From the NCBI GenBank assembly GCA_963701095.1, contig OY969564.1, positions 1,184,001 through 1,248,000 of the forward strand: 64,000 nucleotides of DNA, read 5' to 3'. Made by a program: the position numbers and the translations under genes. The notes under the pieces were generated by a model. That model was not told the origin of the DNA, searched no databases, and saw nothing but the letters and a program-made list of their open reading frames with translations. This document shows, in pieces, positions 21,653-32,393 of the stretch. This DNA comes from an uncultured Methanoregulaceae archaeon. Lineage in GTDB: Archaea > Halobacteriota > Methanomicrobia > Methanomicrobiales > Methanospirillaceae. Within the stretch, counting starts at the first letter, position 1; each line of letters opens with the position of its first letter.

Positions 21653-21725
21653 TACCCCCGACCAGATTCGAACTGGTGTCGCCGGATCCAAAGTCCTGCA
21701 TGATTGACCGCTACACTACGGGGGT
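21653..21725 (-). tRNA. tRNA-Gln(TTG)
   Basis: ACCCCCG...CAGGA-CT-TTG-GA-TCCGG...GTTCGAATC...CGGGGGTA; has the A1-U72 pair typical of archaeal tRNA-Gln. Confidence 0.95.
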
Positions 21726-22168
21726 TCATGGCATTTATCTCACTATCCAATAGTTACATGGAGTGGTGAGTGTGCCCTGTTATATCGTTTTCCAAACTCA
21801 AAAAAGCATTGATAATTATAACTTGGAAATGAAAAGCCAAGATTCCAGAAACAAAGGAATCATTGGTAATGTTTAGAGAGACAATTGGGATCCGTGTGAT
21901 ATTCAATCTCATTTTGAATAAATGGAAAATTTTGGAAATAAAAATTTATCATACGACGTATATATACCCCACAATTTTGGAAAAAATGGAAAATTCCGGA
22001 TTTTTCTAGTACAAAAAAGTGATTTTAGGACTTTCCAAAAACACGAAAAACATATATTTTCTTTTGTGGTTTTCGATCCCGATATCGAAAGATCCCTGCT
22101 AACGCGTCCAGATTATCCAAGAAAAGGTCAAATATTCGGCAAATGGAAGAGTAAAATGAAGGAAATTA

Positions 22169-22191
22169 GTATATAGCATAATACGGTTTAT
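22169..22191 (-). repeat. 23-bp motif, copy 1 (ATAAACCGTATTATGCTATATAC on the minus strand)
   Basis: Matches the copies at 25108 and 25974. Confidence 0.8.
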
Positions 22192-22368
22192 AGAAGTTTT
22201 CAACATTTCTTATAGATAAACGAAAAATCCACAATTTGAGACTAAAATCAAGAAAAAGGAGAAATTTAAGGATTTTTAAAAATTCTATAAATCGAAACGG
22301 TTTTAATTAGATATCCAAAAAGGTGGTTTTGGACCAAAAAAAACTACAAGGTGAATTTTTTATAATAT

Positions 22369-23289
22369 TCACGAATTGTCATTATCACTGGAAAGAGGGA
22401 AAAACTGCTGGTATACCTGGCGCCGTTCATCGATGTCAGTATGGAGATAAATTTCCGTTGTCTTTATGGAGGTATGACCCAAGTTCTCCTGGACCACACG
22501 GAGGTTCTTTGATCTCTTATACAATTCACTTGCATAACTGTGGCGGATTTTATGAGGGGTGATACCGGGAGGAGCATAATGCTTGAAAATGTGCTGAATC
22601 GCCCTCGGCGAGATATGCTTACCCTGCTGGCCGATAAACAAAGGACCTTCTATCTGGTTTCCTATAAAAGTCCGGATTCCGGCAAGGGTATCATCATCGA
22701 CGAAAACAATCCGCATCTTGTCACCTTTTCCCCGGATACGGATAGTATGTTCATCAAAATCGATATCCTCGACATTCATATTACAAAGCTCAGATACCCG
22801 CACTCCAGTGGAATAAATGGTTCTTACAATGAGTTTATCTCGAGGATCCTCAATCGAATCTATGAGACGGAGAACCTGACTATGTTTAAGATATCGTATC
22901 TCCTGCTGCTTGATACGGGGACGTTCAATGCCACTCAGGGGGTTTGCCAATACAGCTCCCTGGGTAGACAGGAAGCGGTAAAATGAGCTCAGAGTCGAGA
23001 TAATACGGTGAAACGTTTTGGGTTTGTAGGTCTTCATAGTCGAGACAAATGAGAGAAAATCGGTTATCATTGACGGTTGTACATCCACATTTGTATCTAA
23101 CCTGGCATTCTCGAAATCCTTCCAGAAGAAAACAAGTTTGGTAACTTCAGTATGCCGGCGGAGCCAGACATAATAGCCGAAATGTTTGATCACTTGTTCA
23201 TAGCTGTCAAGTGTCCGGGAAGAATAGTTGCGCATCCGCAGGTAATTTCGGTAACTTTTCAGCCAATCCGAAAAATACCCGCTATCCAT
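22369..23289 (-). CDS. xerA: XerA/XerC-like tyrosine recombinase
   Basis: N-terminal SAM-like domain; intact catalytic set TGVRVSE, GKGDK, HKIRH, LGH, TEIY. Confidence 0.92.
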   Translation of the reverse strand: MDSGYFSDWLKSYRNYLRMRNYSSRTLDSYEQVIKHFGYYVWLRRHTEVTKLVFFWKDFENARLDTNVDVQPSMITDFLSFVSTMKTYKPKTFHRIISTLSSFYRFLSTQGAVLANPLSGIERPRIKQQEIRYLKHSQVLRLIDSIEDPRDKLIVRTIYSTGVRVSELCNMNVEDIDFDEHTIRIRGKGDKMRIVFVDDDTLAGIRTFIGNQIEGPLFIGQQGKHISPRAIQHIFKHYAPPGITPHKIRHSYASELYKRSKNLRVVQENLGHTSIKTTEIYLHTDIDERRQVYQQFFPLSSDNDNS

Positions 23290-23322
23290 GCTCTAATCTT
23301 ATTTATCTCAAATTAATTAAGG

Positions 23323-23350
23323 TTTGCGCAGAATATATATTAGACATAAA
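23323..23350. other. dif-like site (11-6-11) upstream of xerA
   Basis: TTTGCGCAGAA-TATATA-TTAGACATAAA; geometry and left arm resemble bacterial dif. Confidence 0.55.
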
Positions 23351-23464
23351 CTAAAAAGAAACCATGATTAAAGCATAGAAAGTATGGAAAAATCTCAATT
23401 TTTTTCAATGGAAATGATGGTGAAATCTCGAAATTTCACGTCTAGAATGCGATTTTACGTCTGT

Positions 23465-23492
23465 ACTTCGTAGAATACCTGTTCTGCGACAA
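23465..23492. other. Second dif-like site (11-6-11)
   Basis: ACTTCGTAGAA-TACCTG-TTCTGCGACAA; the arms are imperfect inverted repeats (TCGTAGAA/TCGCAGAA). Confidence 0.55.
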
Positions 23493-24640
23493 ATCCGGTA
23501 TTACATCAAAATACACATCAATTATTTTTGCGTAGATCATTTACAAGTATTTTGGAAATGATCATCGATTTATTCAACTTTTGATAAAGGTAATTAACGA
23601 AATTCAGATTAATCTTTCGCCTTTTTGCCCCCAAATGGACTGAAAGTGAAATGTCAATGTCGGAAAATGGAAAATAAGATTTATCGACGGTACCAAAATA
23701 TTTCTTTAGATCCTCCCAAAAGTGGCTTTTTTTCAATCACAGTATGCTTTTCCCCATATTATACTGAGATTCGCCAACAAAACGAAGATATGAAGGCCTC
23801 CGTTAAACATAAGGATTGCCAGAAAACGATCCGTTCATTATGTCAGAGAAGGATTGGAAATTCTTTGAGAATGGTTGCAGAGATTATGTACAGAGATGGA
23901 GATCTATTCATTGAGGGGGCCCTCTTTGGATGTTGCCTCAATCTCAAAGGGATATGACCTCGTCATTACCTTATCCTAATTGCGGTGATTTGTAGTGATA
24001 TTTATCTTAATATCATCGTGCCAATTAAACTGCAATAAAAAAGCATTAACCATTTTTTACTATCTTTTGGCGATTGCTCGACGAGAAATGAATGTCCGCG
24101 ATCGCGGTTCTTCGCGAGATCCTGTCAGTCGCTGCAGTCTTGCCAGCGGTCACGTCTAAAAGTTTCGGAAATTTTGGAGAAGTTCCATAAGAAATCCCAC
24201 GTTAAAAATGAGATTTTCCTTATGACGAAATCTGAACTCTCATTCCCTGTGCAATATAATTAGACTAGATAAAATTGGGCCATGTTTCGAGGACAAAACA
24301 TGCCCTGAATTCCAGAGAATATCAAAGTGCAAATCCTGGCATTATGACAATTATCAAACCAGATCAAATCGATAGGTTCCTGCATATTCATCTTCTTTCT
24401 CTTTGGGGGATCGGACCACTGGACCCCAGCTGCCCGAACCAGACCCACTTCAAACCCTGCTGAAGCTGTATATCGGGATCGTTTATCACATCGAGGATGA
24501 ACTACTCGAGATTTAAAAAATGTTACTTCAGTGTGCCCCAGCTGAATAGAACTCTCCAGATTCGAACTATGTCAAGAATTTCGAAATAATTCGGAAATTT
24601 TTGGAAAAATTCCACAGAATATACGGTTTTGGAAATTTGT

Positions 24641-24930
24641 ATAATTTTACTTGCAAATAAAGATTTTCAATATTCGAGTCTTGGGTAAAATGGATTCTTC
24701 CAGATTTTATTACGTCTGAAAATTTTGGAAAATCTGGAAATTTTAGAGAAATTTCGAAAGAGTTACTGCTTTGGAATCAGGATAATTTTTACTTGAGCAT
24801 AAAGATTTTTGATATTCGAGCCTTAGGTAAAATGGATTCTTCCAGATTTTATTACGTCTGAAAGTTTTCGGGAAATTTAGAAATTTTAGAGAAAAGACCA
24901 CAGGAAGTTCTGCTTTAAAAAAATTTTCAT
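24641..24930 (+). repeat. ~142-bp imperfect tandem repeat (two good copies plus a degenerate upstream copy)
   Basis: Identical 38-mer GGTAAAATGGATTCTTCCAGATTTTATTACGTCTGAAA at 24684-24721 and 24826-24863; the flanks also align. Confidence 0.9.
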
Positions 24931-25107
24931 ATAATTTTTTCTCTTTTTATGTTTATCTCAAATCCTTCTCAAGTTTTGAAGAAACTGAATCAGATATTTA
25001 AGAAAGATCACATTAATATCAAAATCTCTCATTTTGTCGTTATTTTTTAAAATAAAGTGAATGTATCTAATTTTACCAACTTTAAATTGATAGAAGACCT
25101 CATTCAT

Positions 25108-25130
25108 ATAAACCATATATTGCTATACAC
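25108..25130 (+). repeat. 23-bp motif, copy 2 (ATAAACCATATATTGCTATACAC)
   Basis: Matches the copies at 22169 (minus) and 25974. Confidence 0.8.
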
Positions 25131-25346
25131 TAAAAGTAATAATACATATACAAAAGGGGAATTAATAGGAAGAGAAAGGTAGTTATAGAATACCCAGACT
25201 GCTCGCATAAAATTTGAAGATTTGCAGGAGAGAGATTTTAGAATGATTCAGAAAGAGGAATCTTCCTAAAGATATCATTGGGAGATTGAAGAAATTATAT
25301 AGCCAAACAAATATTAGGTTAGTAAAGGGAACCATTGGGAATAAAT

Positions 25347-25661
25347 ATGGCAGCTGACATGCAATTTCTGAATACAAAAGAGGTAGCCGAGATTCTGGGG
25401 GTCCACCAGAAAACAGTTCATAACTGGCTGAGGGCCGGAAAACTTGCAGGTACGAAAATCTCCTATCGTGCCTGGCGCATTCCACGTTCAGCATTGGAAG
25501 AATTTGTGGTAAGCAACAGTAACTTCCGTTCAAATGCCTCCGGCAGAGACATTAATAATTCTGGCACGAAGATCGACGCCATTCCTGAAGCGGGAATGAA
25601 AAATTTCATTCGGGACATAATGGGAGAAGACGGTAACGAGAAGCAAACGAATAAGAAATAA
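25347..25661 (+). CDS. Excisionase-family (HTH_17-like) DNA-binding protein
   Basis: FLNTKEVAEILGVHQKTVHNWLRAGKLAGTKISYRAWRIPRSALEEF. Confidence 0.88.
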   Translation: MAADMQFLNTKEVAEILGVHQKTVHNWLRAGKLAGTKISYRAWRIPRSALEEFVVSNSNFRSNASGRDINNSGTKIDAIPEAGMKNFIRDIMGEDGNEKQTNKK

Positions 25662-25973
25662 AGAACTCATTGGTAATACATTTTAGATATTGATTCAATG
25701 AGAGACTAAGATTGAATATCTCCGTATTACATTATATCCATTAATCATAATAGAGAAATAAGATCAATAACCGACATTGATCCTTTTCCATTTTAATAAG
25801 GAATTATAGAGTTCCCCGGTTATTGACTTATATTTTTCAAGGATCACTTTTTCAGCAGGTCATTAAAAATCCTTTCCTAAATAATTTTAATGCCGAAAAT
25901 AAAGTGATAACATATGAATAGATCAACCGAATCGTCCTTAATTCTTTAAAAAACAACGACTATCTTTTTAATC

Positions 25974-25996
25974 ATAAACCGTATACTGCTATATAC
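25974..25996 (+). repeat. 23-bp motif, copy 3 (ATAAACCGTATACTGCTATATAC)
   Basis: Matches the copies at 22169 (minus) and 25108. Confidence 0.8.
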
Positions 25997-26067
25997 AAAA
26001 GAGCCAGATTTGACCAGATTTGGTCTTATTCAATTATTTAGATGATAAACAAAACAGGAAGATTTTC

Positions 26068-26817
26068 ATGGATAAAAACGGCCAGAATGAAATTAACAAA
26101 TATAAAAAATTTAAAAAGGTCGATGGCGCCACTTATCGAAAAGTCAACCAATTCCTACGTAAACGCACGTATATCACAGCAAGGGAATGGGCGCTTGCAC
26201 GATTATGCACAGATTTCCGGACGTCCGGTGGTGCTGAAATGACCTTTATTGGAAAAAACCTTCCAGAACTTGTTCCTTTCATGGAGGACACATACTCCCC
26301 CCAAGCAGTAAATCAGGCTCGTAATTCGTTTAAGAAAAAGGTTCGAAAAGCAAGTGCAACTTTTTTCTATGGAGCGATGTGTGGATTTTTTACAACTGAT
26401 GAGCTTGACGACCTTCTTTTTGAAGCTAGTGAAGTGTCACGCTTTCTATTGGAAGTGGAAGGAACAACCATCGATATAGACGAAGAAATAGATATCGAGG
26501 ACCGGATCACCCGGGTAATGCGGAGCGTGGGTGAGACTGCAAAGACCATTCTTACCACAAGAACAGACAACAAGCTCACCGAGGACACAAATCCCTCCTT
26601 TCAACCAGAGAAAGAAAATAATAACCCTATTCCTCATTCAAATAACGAAATATCAGTTTTATCAGAATCGACCCGAACAGAAATGACAGATGCTAATCCC
26701 AATATTGAGGGAATCAAAACTTTTGAACCTTCAGATGAAAATGGGAAAAAAGAGACGGGCGATCAAACAGTAGATCCGGAAAAACCTCATCTGACACTCC
26801 ACAAAGAGGACATATAA
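26068..26817 (+). CDS. DUF5806-like conserved euryarchaeal protein with a disordered acidic tail
   Basis: FLRKRTYITAREWALARLC.DFR...LPELVPFM.DTYSPQAVNQAR; family recalled from memory. Confidence 0.7.
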   Translation: MDKNGQNEINKYKKFKKVDGATYRKVNQFLRKRTYITAREWALARLCTDFRTSGGAEMTFIGKNLPELVPFMEDTYSPQAVNQARNSFKKKVRKASATFFYGAMCGFFTTDELDDLLFEASEVSRFLLEVEGTTIDIDEEIDIEDRITRVMRSVGETAKTILTTRTDNKLTEDTNPSFQPEKENNNPIPHSNNEISVLSESTRTEMTDANPNIEGIKTFEPSDENGKKETGDQTVDPEKPHLTLHKEDI

Positions 26818-26820
26818 AAT

Positions 26821-27231
26821 ATGAAAATCATCCATGTGGCCGGACTTGCGAACACAGGGAAAACTACTTTTATCAAAAACCTTATTCCCTCACTTAAATC
26901 CCGAGGTCGCGTTGGCATCATAAAACATTTGAGGGATCATGACTATGTTCAGGAACCGGGAAAAGATACAACCATATTTTTCGAAAATGGTGCCGATATC
27001 TCAGCAGGGATTGATGCGGCTAAATCGGTCATCACGCTACGTACAACAGATCTCGATGAAATGCTTCTTCTTTACAAACAGGCCGGGATACAATTTGCAG
27101 TGATTGAAGGGTTCAAAATGTGCGATTTCCCAAAGATCGTAATTGGAGACTTAGTTATTGACAATTGTCTCTTGCGTAATCCAACGGTCGATCAGGTCAT
27201 TTCTCTGCTCTCTCAATTCGAAGACTATTAA
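26821..27231 (+). CDS. mobB: Molybdopterin-guanine dinucleotide biosynthesis protein B
   Basis: GLANTGKTT, IIKH, GKDT, VIEGFK. Confidence 0.85.
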   Translation: MKIIHVAGLANTGKTTFIKNLIPSLKSRGRVGIIKHLRDHDYVQEPGKDTTIFFENGADISAGIDAAKSVITLRTTDLDEMLLLYKQAGIQFAVIEGFKMCDFPKIVIGDLVIDNCLLRNPTVDQVISLLSQFEDY

Positions 27232-27261
27232 AATAAAAAAACCCGATGAGTCTTAACGAAA

Positions 27262-28642
27262 ATGGCAATTAAAATGGTTCAAAAACGGTTGTTTGGGACA
27301 AACGGTGTTCGAGGGATAGCAGGAAAAGAAATGACACCGGAGCTTACCCTCAAAATAGGTAAGGCCCTTGGCACAATGAGACCAGGAAAAATTGCAGTTG
27401 GACGGGATACCCGTACCTCCGGTCCGGTTCTCATTAATGCACTCAAAGCCGGACTCCTTGCAACAGGATGTGACGTTGTTGATTGTGGGATCCTCCCGAC
27501 ACCAGCTCTTCAGTATATCGTAAAGGAACATTATGAAGGTGGAGCGATGATCACAGCGTCCCACAACCCCCCGGAGTATAATGGCGTAAAAATTATTGAA
27601 CCAGATGGAACCGAGATGGGTGACGAAGAAACTATTTGTCTCGAAGAATTGCTTTTCGATAAATCGGCACCGTTCAAACAGTGGGATGAGGTCGGAACTG
27701 AGGTGAATGCACTCCATCTGGTTGATGAATATATACATGCCATTACCAAGCAGTTTCCTGAAAAACCAGGGAAAGGCATGACTGTGGTAGTTGATCCCGG
27801 ATCTGGTCCAGCCTGCCACACAACCCCCGCGATCCTGCAGGCGCTTGGATGCAAGGTTCTCACCATCAATGGTGTGATGGACGGGACATTTCCAGGACGC
27901 ATGCCGGAACCATCTCCGGAAGGTCTCAAAGGGCTTGCGGCATTAGTGTTGGCAAATAACGCTGCTTTTGGTGTGGCTCATGACGGTGATGCTGATCGGT
28001 CTGTTTTTGTTGATGATAAAGGCTTTTTCGTGGAAGAAAACCAGGAGTTCGCCCTTTTTGTACAGCATGTCTGTCAAAACGAGAGAGGGGCCATTGTCAC
28101 ACCGGTCAGCACATCCTTTTTGATCGAAATGATAGCCAAAAAAGCGGGATGCACGGTAAGGTACACCCAGGTCGGAAGTATCTATGTTGCCCGTACCATG
28201 CGGGAGCTTATTGAAACAGGAAATAAGGTGATATTTGGTGGAGAGGGAAACGGAGGTCTTATTTTCCCGGATCACCAGTTCTGTCGCGATGGGGGAATGA
28301 CAGACTGCCACCATGGTTTCACTTCTTGCGAGGTCTAAGAGGAGTTTGTCATCCCTTATCAGCGAATTACCACAACGACGGATGATAAAAGAAAAGATCA
28401 AAACACCATATGGTTCACAACTTATTGAACAGCTTAACCAAAAATATGCACGGGAATCGCTCGATCATACAGATGGCCTCAAAATAAAAAAAGAAAGAAC
28501 ATGGGCATTAATCCGGGCTTCAGGAACAGAACCACTTGTCCGCATAATGGTTGATGCTGACGATTGTAAAACAGGTTTGGCACTGTTTGAAGAAATAGAG
28601 ACCTCGGTTTCTGAAATTCTTAAAAAAATGTCCAATAGGTAA
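27262..28642 (+). CDS. glmM: Phosphoglucosamine mutase / phosphomannomutase (frameshift near 28304)
   Basis: LFGTNGVRG, TASHNP, HDGDADR, GGEGNGG, RASGTEP. Confidence 0.88.
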
Positions 28643-28830
28643 ATTTTTGATTTAAAATATATGTTTTTTAATTTATAAGCATTTAAATAGAGTTTGAATG
28701 TTAAGCGAACAACCATTTTTAAAAGGAGATTTCGAAATATTTTCCAATTAAATCCAAAAACAGAAACAAATTAAGATTTTTTAAAAACAAAAAAAATAAA
28801 TACTATTTGAGTTAATGAGAGTTTATTTCA

Positions 28831-31800
28831 ATGATATCCGTTCCAATTACTGAAAAAATACAACATGCATTGATAATGAAGAACTGGGAGGAGATAGATT
28901 CAATTCTCATAGACTCCTCGCGATTTAAGGAGAAAAAGGATCGGGCGCTGATGCAACGGACCGTAAATTCGGTCATATTGGAATACTCATTTCGTGAAGA
29001 TTCGCCAGAATTACTTTTAGCCATTCGGACAATTCCTCATGAAGGTGCTGAAGATCTTTTCTCTCTTATTTTAAAACATTATATTGAGACAGGAAATAAA
29101 AAATGGTTTGATATTCTCTTTTCCGTATCAGAAAATCTGGGAAAAAAAAGTTCGCAATCAAAGATTGTGGCTTTTATTGTCCAAGAACTTATTTCATCCG
29201 GTATTGCTGAGTCGAAACCTGCCTATATCGAACTTGGTTTATCTGTTTTGAATAAAATCACCTTCAGAAAGTACCGATCAGATTGTATTATTGAATCTGC
29301 TTTCAGGATCACAAAATGGACTGTCATTAGTGGTAATATTATCCTTCTTTATCAGATCCGAGACCTTATATCAGGAATTAACGATATATCAAAACGAGCA
29401 GCGCTCCACACTGAAATAGCAAAGGCCCTTGCAATCATTGCAATTAAAAAAGGAGATTTCGAGATTTTTCTCGAAAGCATTCAATTTACAACTGAAATTC
29501 ACCAGAAACTCCGTAGAAGAGAATGCATTAAACAAATAATAATAATGGGCGTCAGGTCATCATTTGGAAAAGACCTATTGGATATTCGTGCCTTAATCTC
29601 ACATTTTGAAGGACTCCCAAAAGAGATTCAGGGAGAATTGATCTATACCCTGACGGAACAATTTCTTGATCGTGTAAAAAATAAAAATCAAATTAGGGAG
29701 AATTTTAATTATCTTGGAAAAAAATTTCCTTTCGCATGTAAACTTCTTATACAGAATCTTCTAAAAAAAGCAGAACGATCTGGAGAATTATGGTACCTCA
29801 CAACAGCCATTGGATTCCTTGATGAATTCCACATAAAAGAACAATACTCGGTCCGGGATATTGTTCGGGCGGGTATTGCCGTAGCCGGACACACCGGCTC
29901 AGCTCAGGGTACTCATTAATTTGATTCAGTTCATACAAAACTCATGCGATAATAATGAGTCTACAGCTATCTTTTTACAATTTTCTCAAATTATGCTGAC
30001 ATTAGGAGATTTTGAACGTGCCACCCAATTATTTTCACAAATTATACCACCAGCAGATAATGCGTCCCAGTATTGTGCCTGCCTTGCAAAATTAATAGAA
30101 GAAGGAATATTACACGATCAAAATTCTTTAAAATTCAAAGAAATTCTCGGAAAAAACGAACCCAATATGACTACAAATGCAATAAATCTTGCATTTCGTC
30201 AAATAGGACATATAGAACCGTTTGAAAGAATTGTGAAACATAGTAATTCCTTAAAACACATCCTGACCCTCCAAACCGGGAATGACACTATTATTTTGGA
30301 TTTTATTATTACTCTCACAAATCGGGGATTTCTCGATTTCTGCGATTCCGTATTTCTTGTGGATTTCGCAAAATTGATTCAGGTCCCGGCCTTTAGGGAG
30401 CAGGCAATTTCAACTGTAGTAATGAAACTTGCTGAAATAGGGGTGAAAACCGGGAACCGCGATTATCTTCAGCAAGCGGTAGGTACTACATGTCTGATTG
30501 CGGGACAGGAAATACGATCTTCGACACTGAGCAGTATTATTGACGATGCGGCCCTTCTTGCCGCAACCCAGGGTGACTTGGATCTCCTTTTGCGCATGCG
30601 AATTTGGAGCAGTTCATTTTTGGACCCGGATCTCATTGCATATGCAATTAAAAATATAATAGAGGGTGTAATAAAATATGCTTCTAGTAAACGGGATCCT
30701 GATGCCCTTGATGAGGCTTATCGAATCGCTCAAGATATAGAAGATCCCTCTTTAAGATTGCAGGTATGTGAGCGGATTGCGGAATCATTTGTCCGGATAG
30801 GTTGTGATCTCATACAGGAATCCAATTCGGCACAAAAAGGCCCCGTTAATCTAAACGTTTTATTAAAACCTTTTGAAAAAAGTCTGAGTTTACTAAGAGA
30901 TGAAGTCAAAAAACCCCAGATTTCTCTTAAAATTGCCGGAATGATTGATATCATCCTTTTTTCCTCAAAAAAGAGCCACGGAACGGATTACGTCCTTCCC
31001 TTAGCATTGTATTCTATTGAGATAGAAGATCCTTTGGAACGAAATGCAATGATGTTGAGGATCGTTGCCAAACTTAATGAAGAAATCATTTATCCGGACT
31101 CGGCTGATCCTTATGAAGTTCTTGCTTACATTTTGCAGAATCATTATCATATGCAATCAACTCCCGAAATAATCGATCTAATCCATCATCTCCTCGATCT
31201 GACACACGATCCTTTTATCCGGCTCAGAGGGTTATGTTCGCTGGCAGATGCAGCCGTTAATATAAGCGATGAAAACCTTGCCAGAAAAATTCTTGACGAA
31301 GTTCATCTGTTGGTACCAAATCTGCCGGCAGAATACCAGAAAATTCTGATCTTGGCGGATTTGACATCAGGGTACAGTAATATTGATCCGGAAAAAGCAA
31401 GACTCTGTTTAAATGAGGGATTAAATAAACTGCAATTTGTTGAGCCTGATCAGAATACAGTTGTTCGTCGTCAGATCGTATCAGTTGTTGTTAGGATGAC
31501 CACGCTTCTTCCTGAGAAAATAAGAATGGATCTGATATTAGAAGTGATATCAAACGTATCCGATCCTATTGAATATGTCAATGCACTTATTTCAGCATAC
31601 AGCCTTGAACATGGAACCGGAGATAAAAATACTATCCGCCATATCTCAGAAGCGATCGAGAAAATTCAGCTCACCCTATGATAAGTCAAGGCTTATTTTA
31701 AAAATAGTGCCCATGGCATTTCAGAATGGAGAGGAAGAATTTGCACTTGAATTGTTGGGAAAAGCAGAGAAACTGGCAAAGGCCATAAATATCCAGCATA

Positions 31801-32393
31801 TTGCGGACTCCGTACATGACGAAATTGCAAGAATTTTGGCAGATTTCTCTAAGCGACAGGGAGATCCGCAATACATGAAAAAATCAGCAAATATTCTTGC
31901 ACATATTGAAGATGACAATTTGCGTCAGTATCGTTTATCCCAGATAGGTTACGAGGATGTACCCGAAAAAAGCATACCTTATACGAAAATTATGACATCG
32001 TTGGCGCGAATTATAGATGAAAAATCTCCCCCTAGCCAGATTACTGGGCTTGAACAAACTGTCCGCTCCATAACTGACAGGGGAAAACGGGCCCTTGTAT
32101 ATTGCAGGTTATGCATTCTTTCTCGCGACAGGTCGGATATGAAAACGGCCAAAAGAATGCTCAATAATGCAATAAAAGAGTCGGATATAATCAGACCCCT
32201 TTCAAAAAGAGCCTATATACGTTGCGATATAGCAATAAAGCTGTATACTGCGGGGTATGAGAGTGTTGCGCAGGATATCCTGGACAATGCCATCGATGCT
32301 GCAACAAATATTAGGCAGTCAATTCTTCGGGATGAAGTATTCAATGAATTAGGACTTGTTATCAGGATATTACAAGAGGGTGCACCTGAATGA
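28831..32393 (+). CDS. Large (~1190 aa) predicted all-alpha hypothetical protein, split into three ORFs by indels near 29908 and 31669
   Basis: Three abutting same-strand ORFs, each joinable by removing one base; Leu/Ile/Ala helical-repeat-like patterns (e.g. AYRIAQDIEDPSLR, AIDAATNIRQSILRD). Confidence 0.75.

Noticed and set aside
22314..22333. TCCAAAA-AGGTGG-TTTTGGA as another Xer site
   Set aside because: The arms do not resemble the other sites; more likely a terminator-associated hairpin after xerA, or chance
23403..23421. ORB-like TTTCAATGGAAATGATGGT suggesting oriC
   Set aside because: A single weak match in AT-rich DNA, with no adjacent cdc6 and no G-string array; not excluded but unsupported
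21922..24463. Short ORF-track entries in the AT-rich spacers (21922, 23518, 23625, 24260, 24275)
   Set aside because: Low-complexity F/K/I/N-rich translations with no motifs; likely spurious
24684..24863. Identical 38-mers ending in GAAA as a mini CRISPR array serving the solo Cas1
   Set aside because: The intervening 104 bp is far longer than a spacer and is itself duplicated, so this is a tandem duplication
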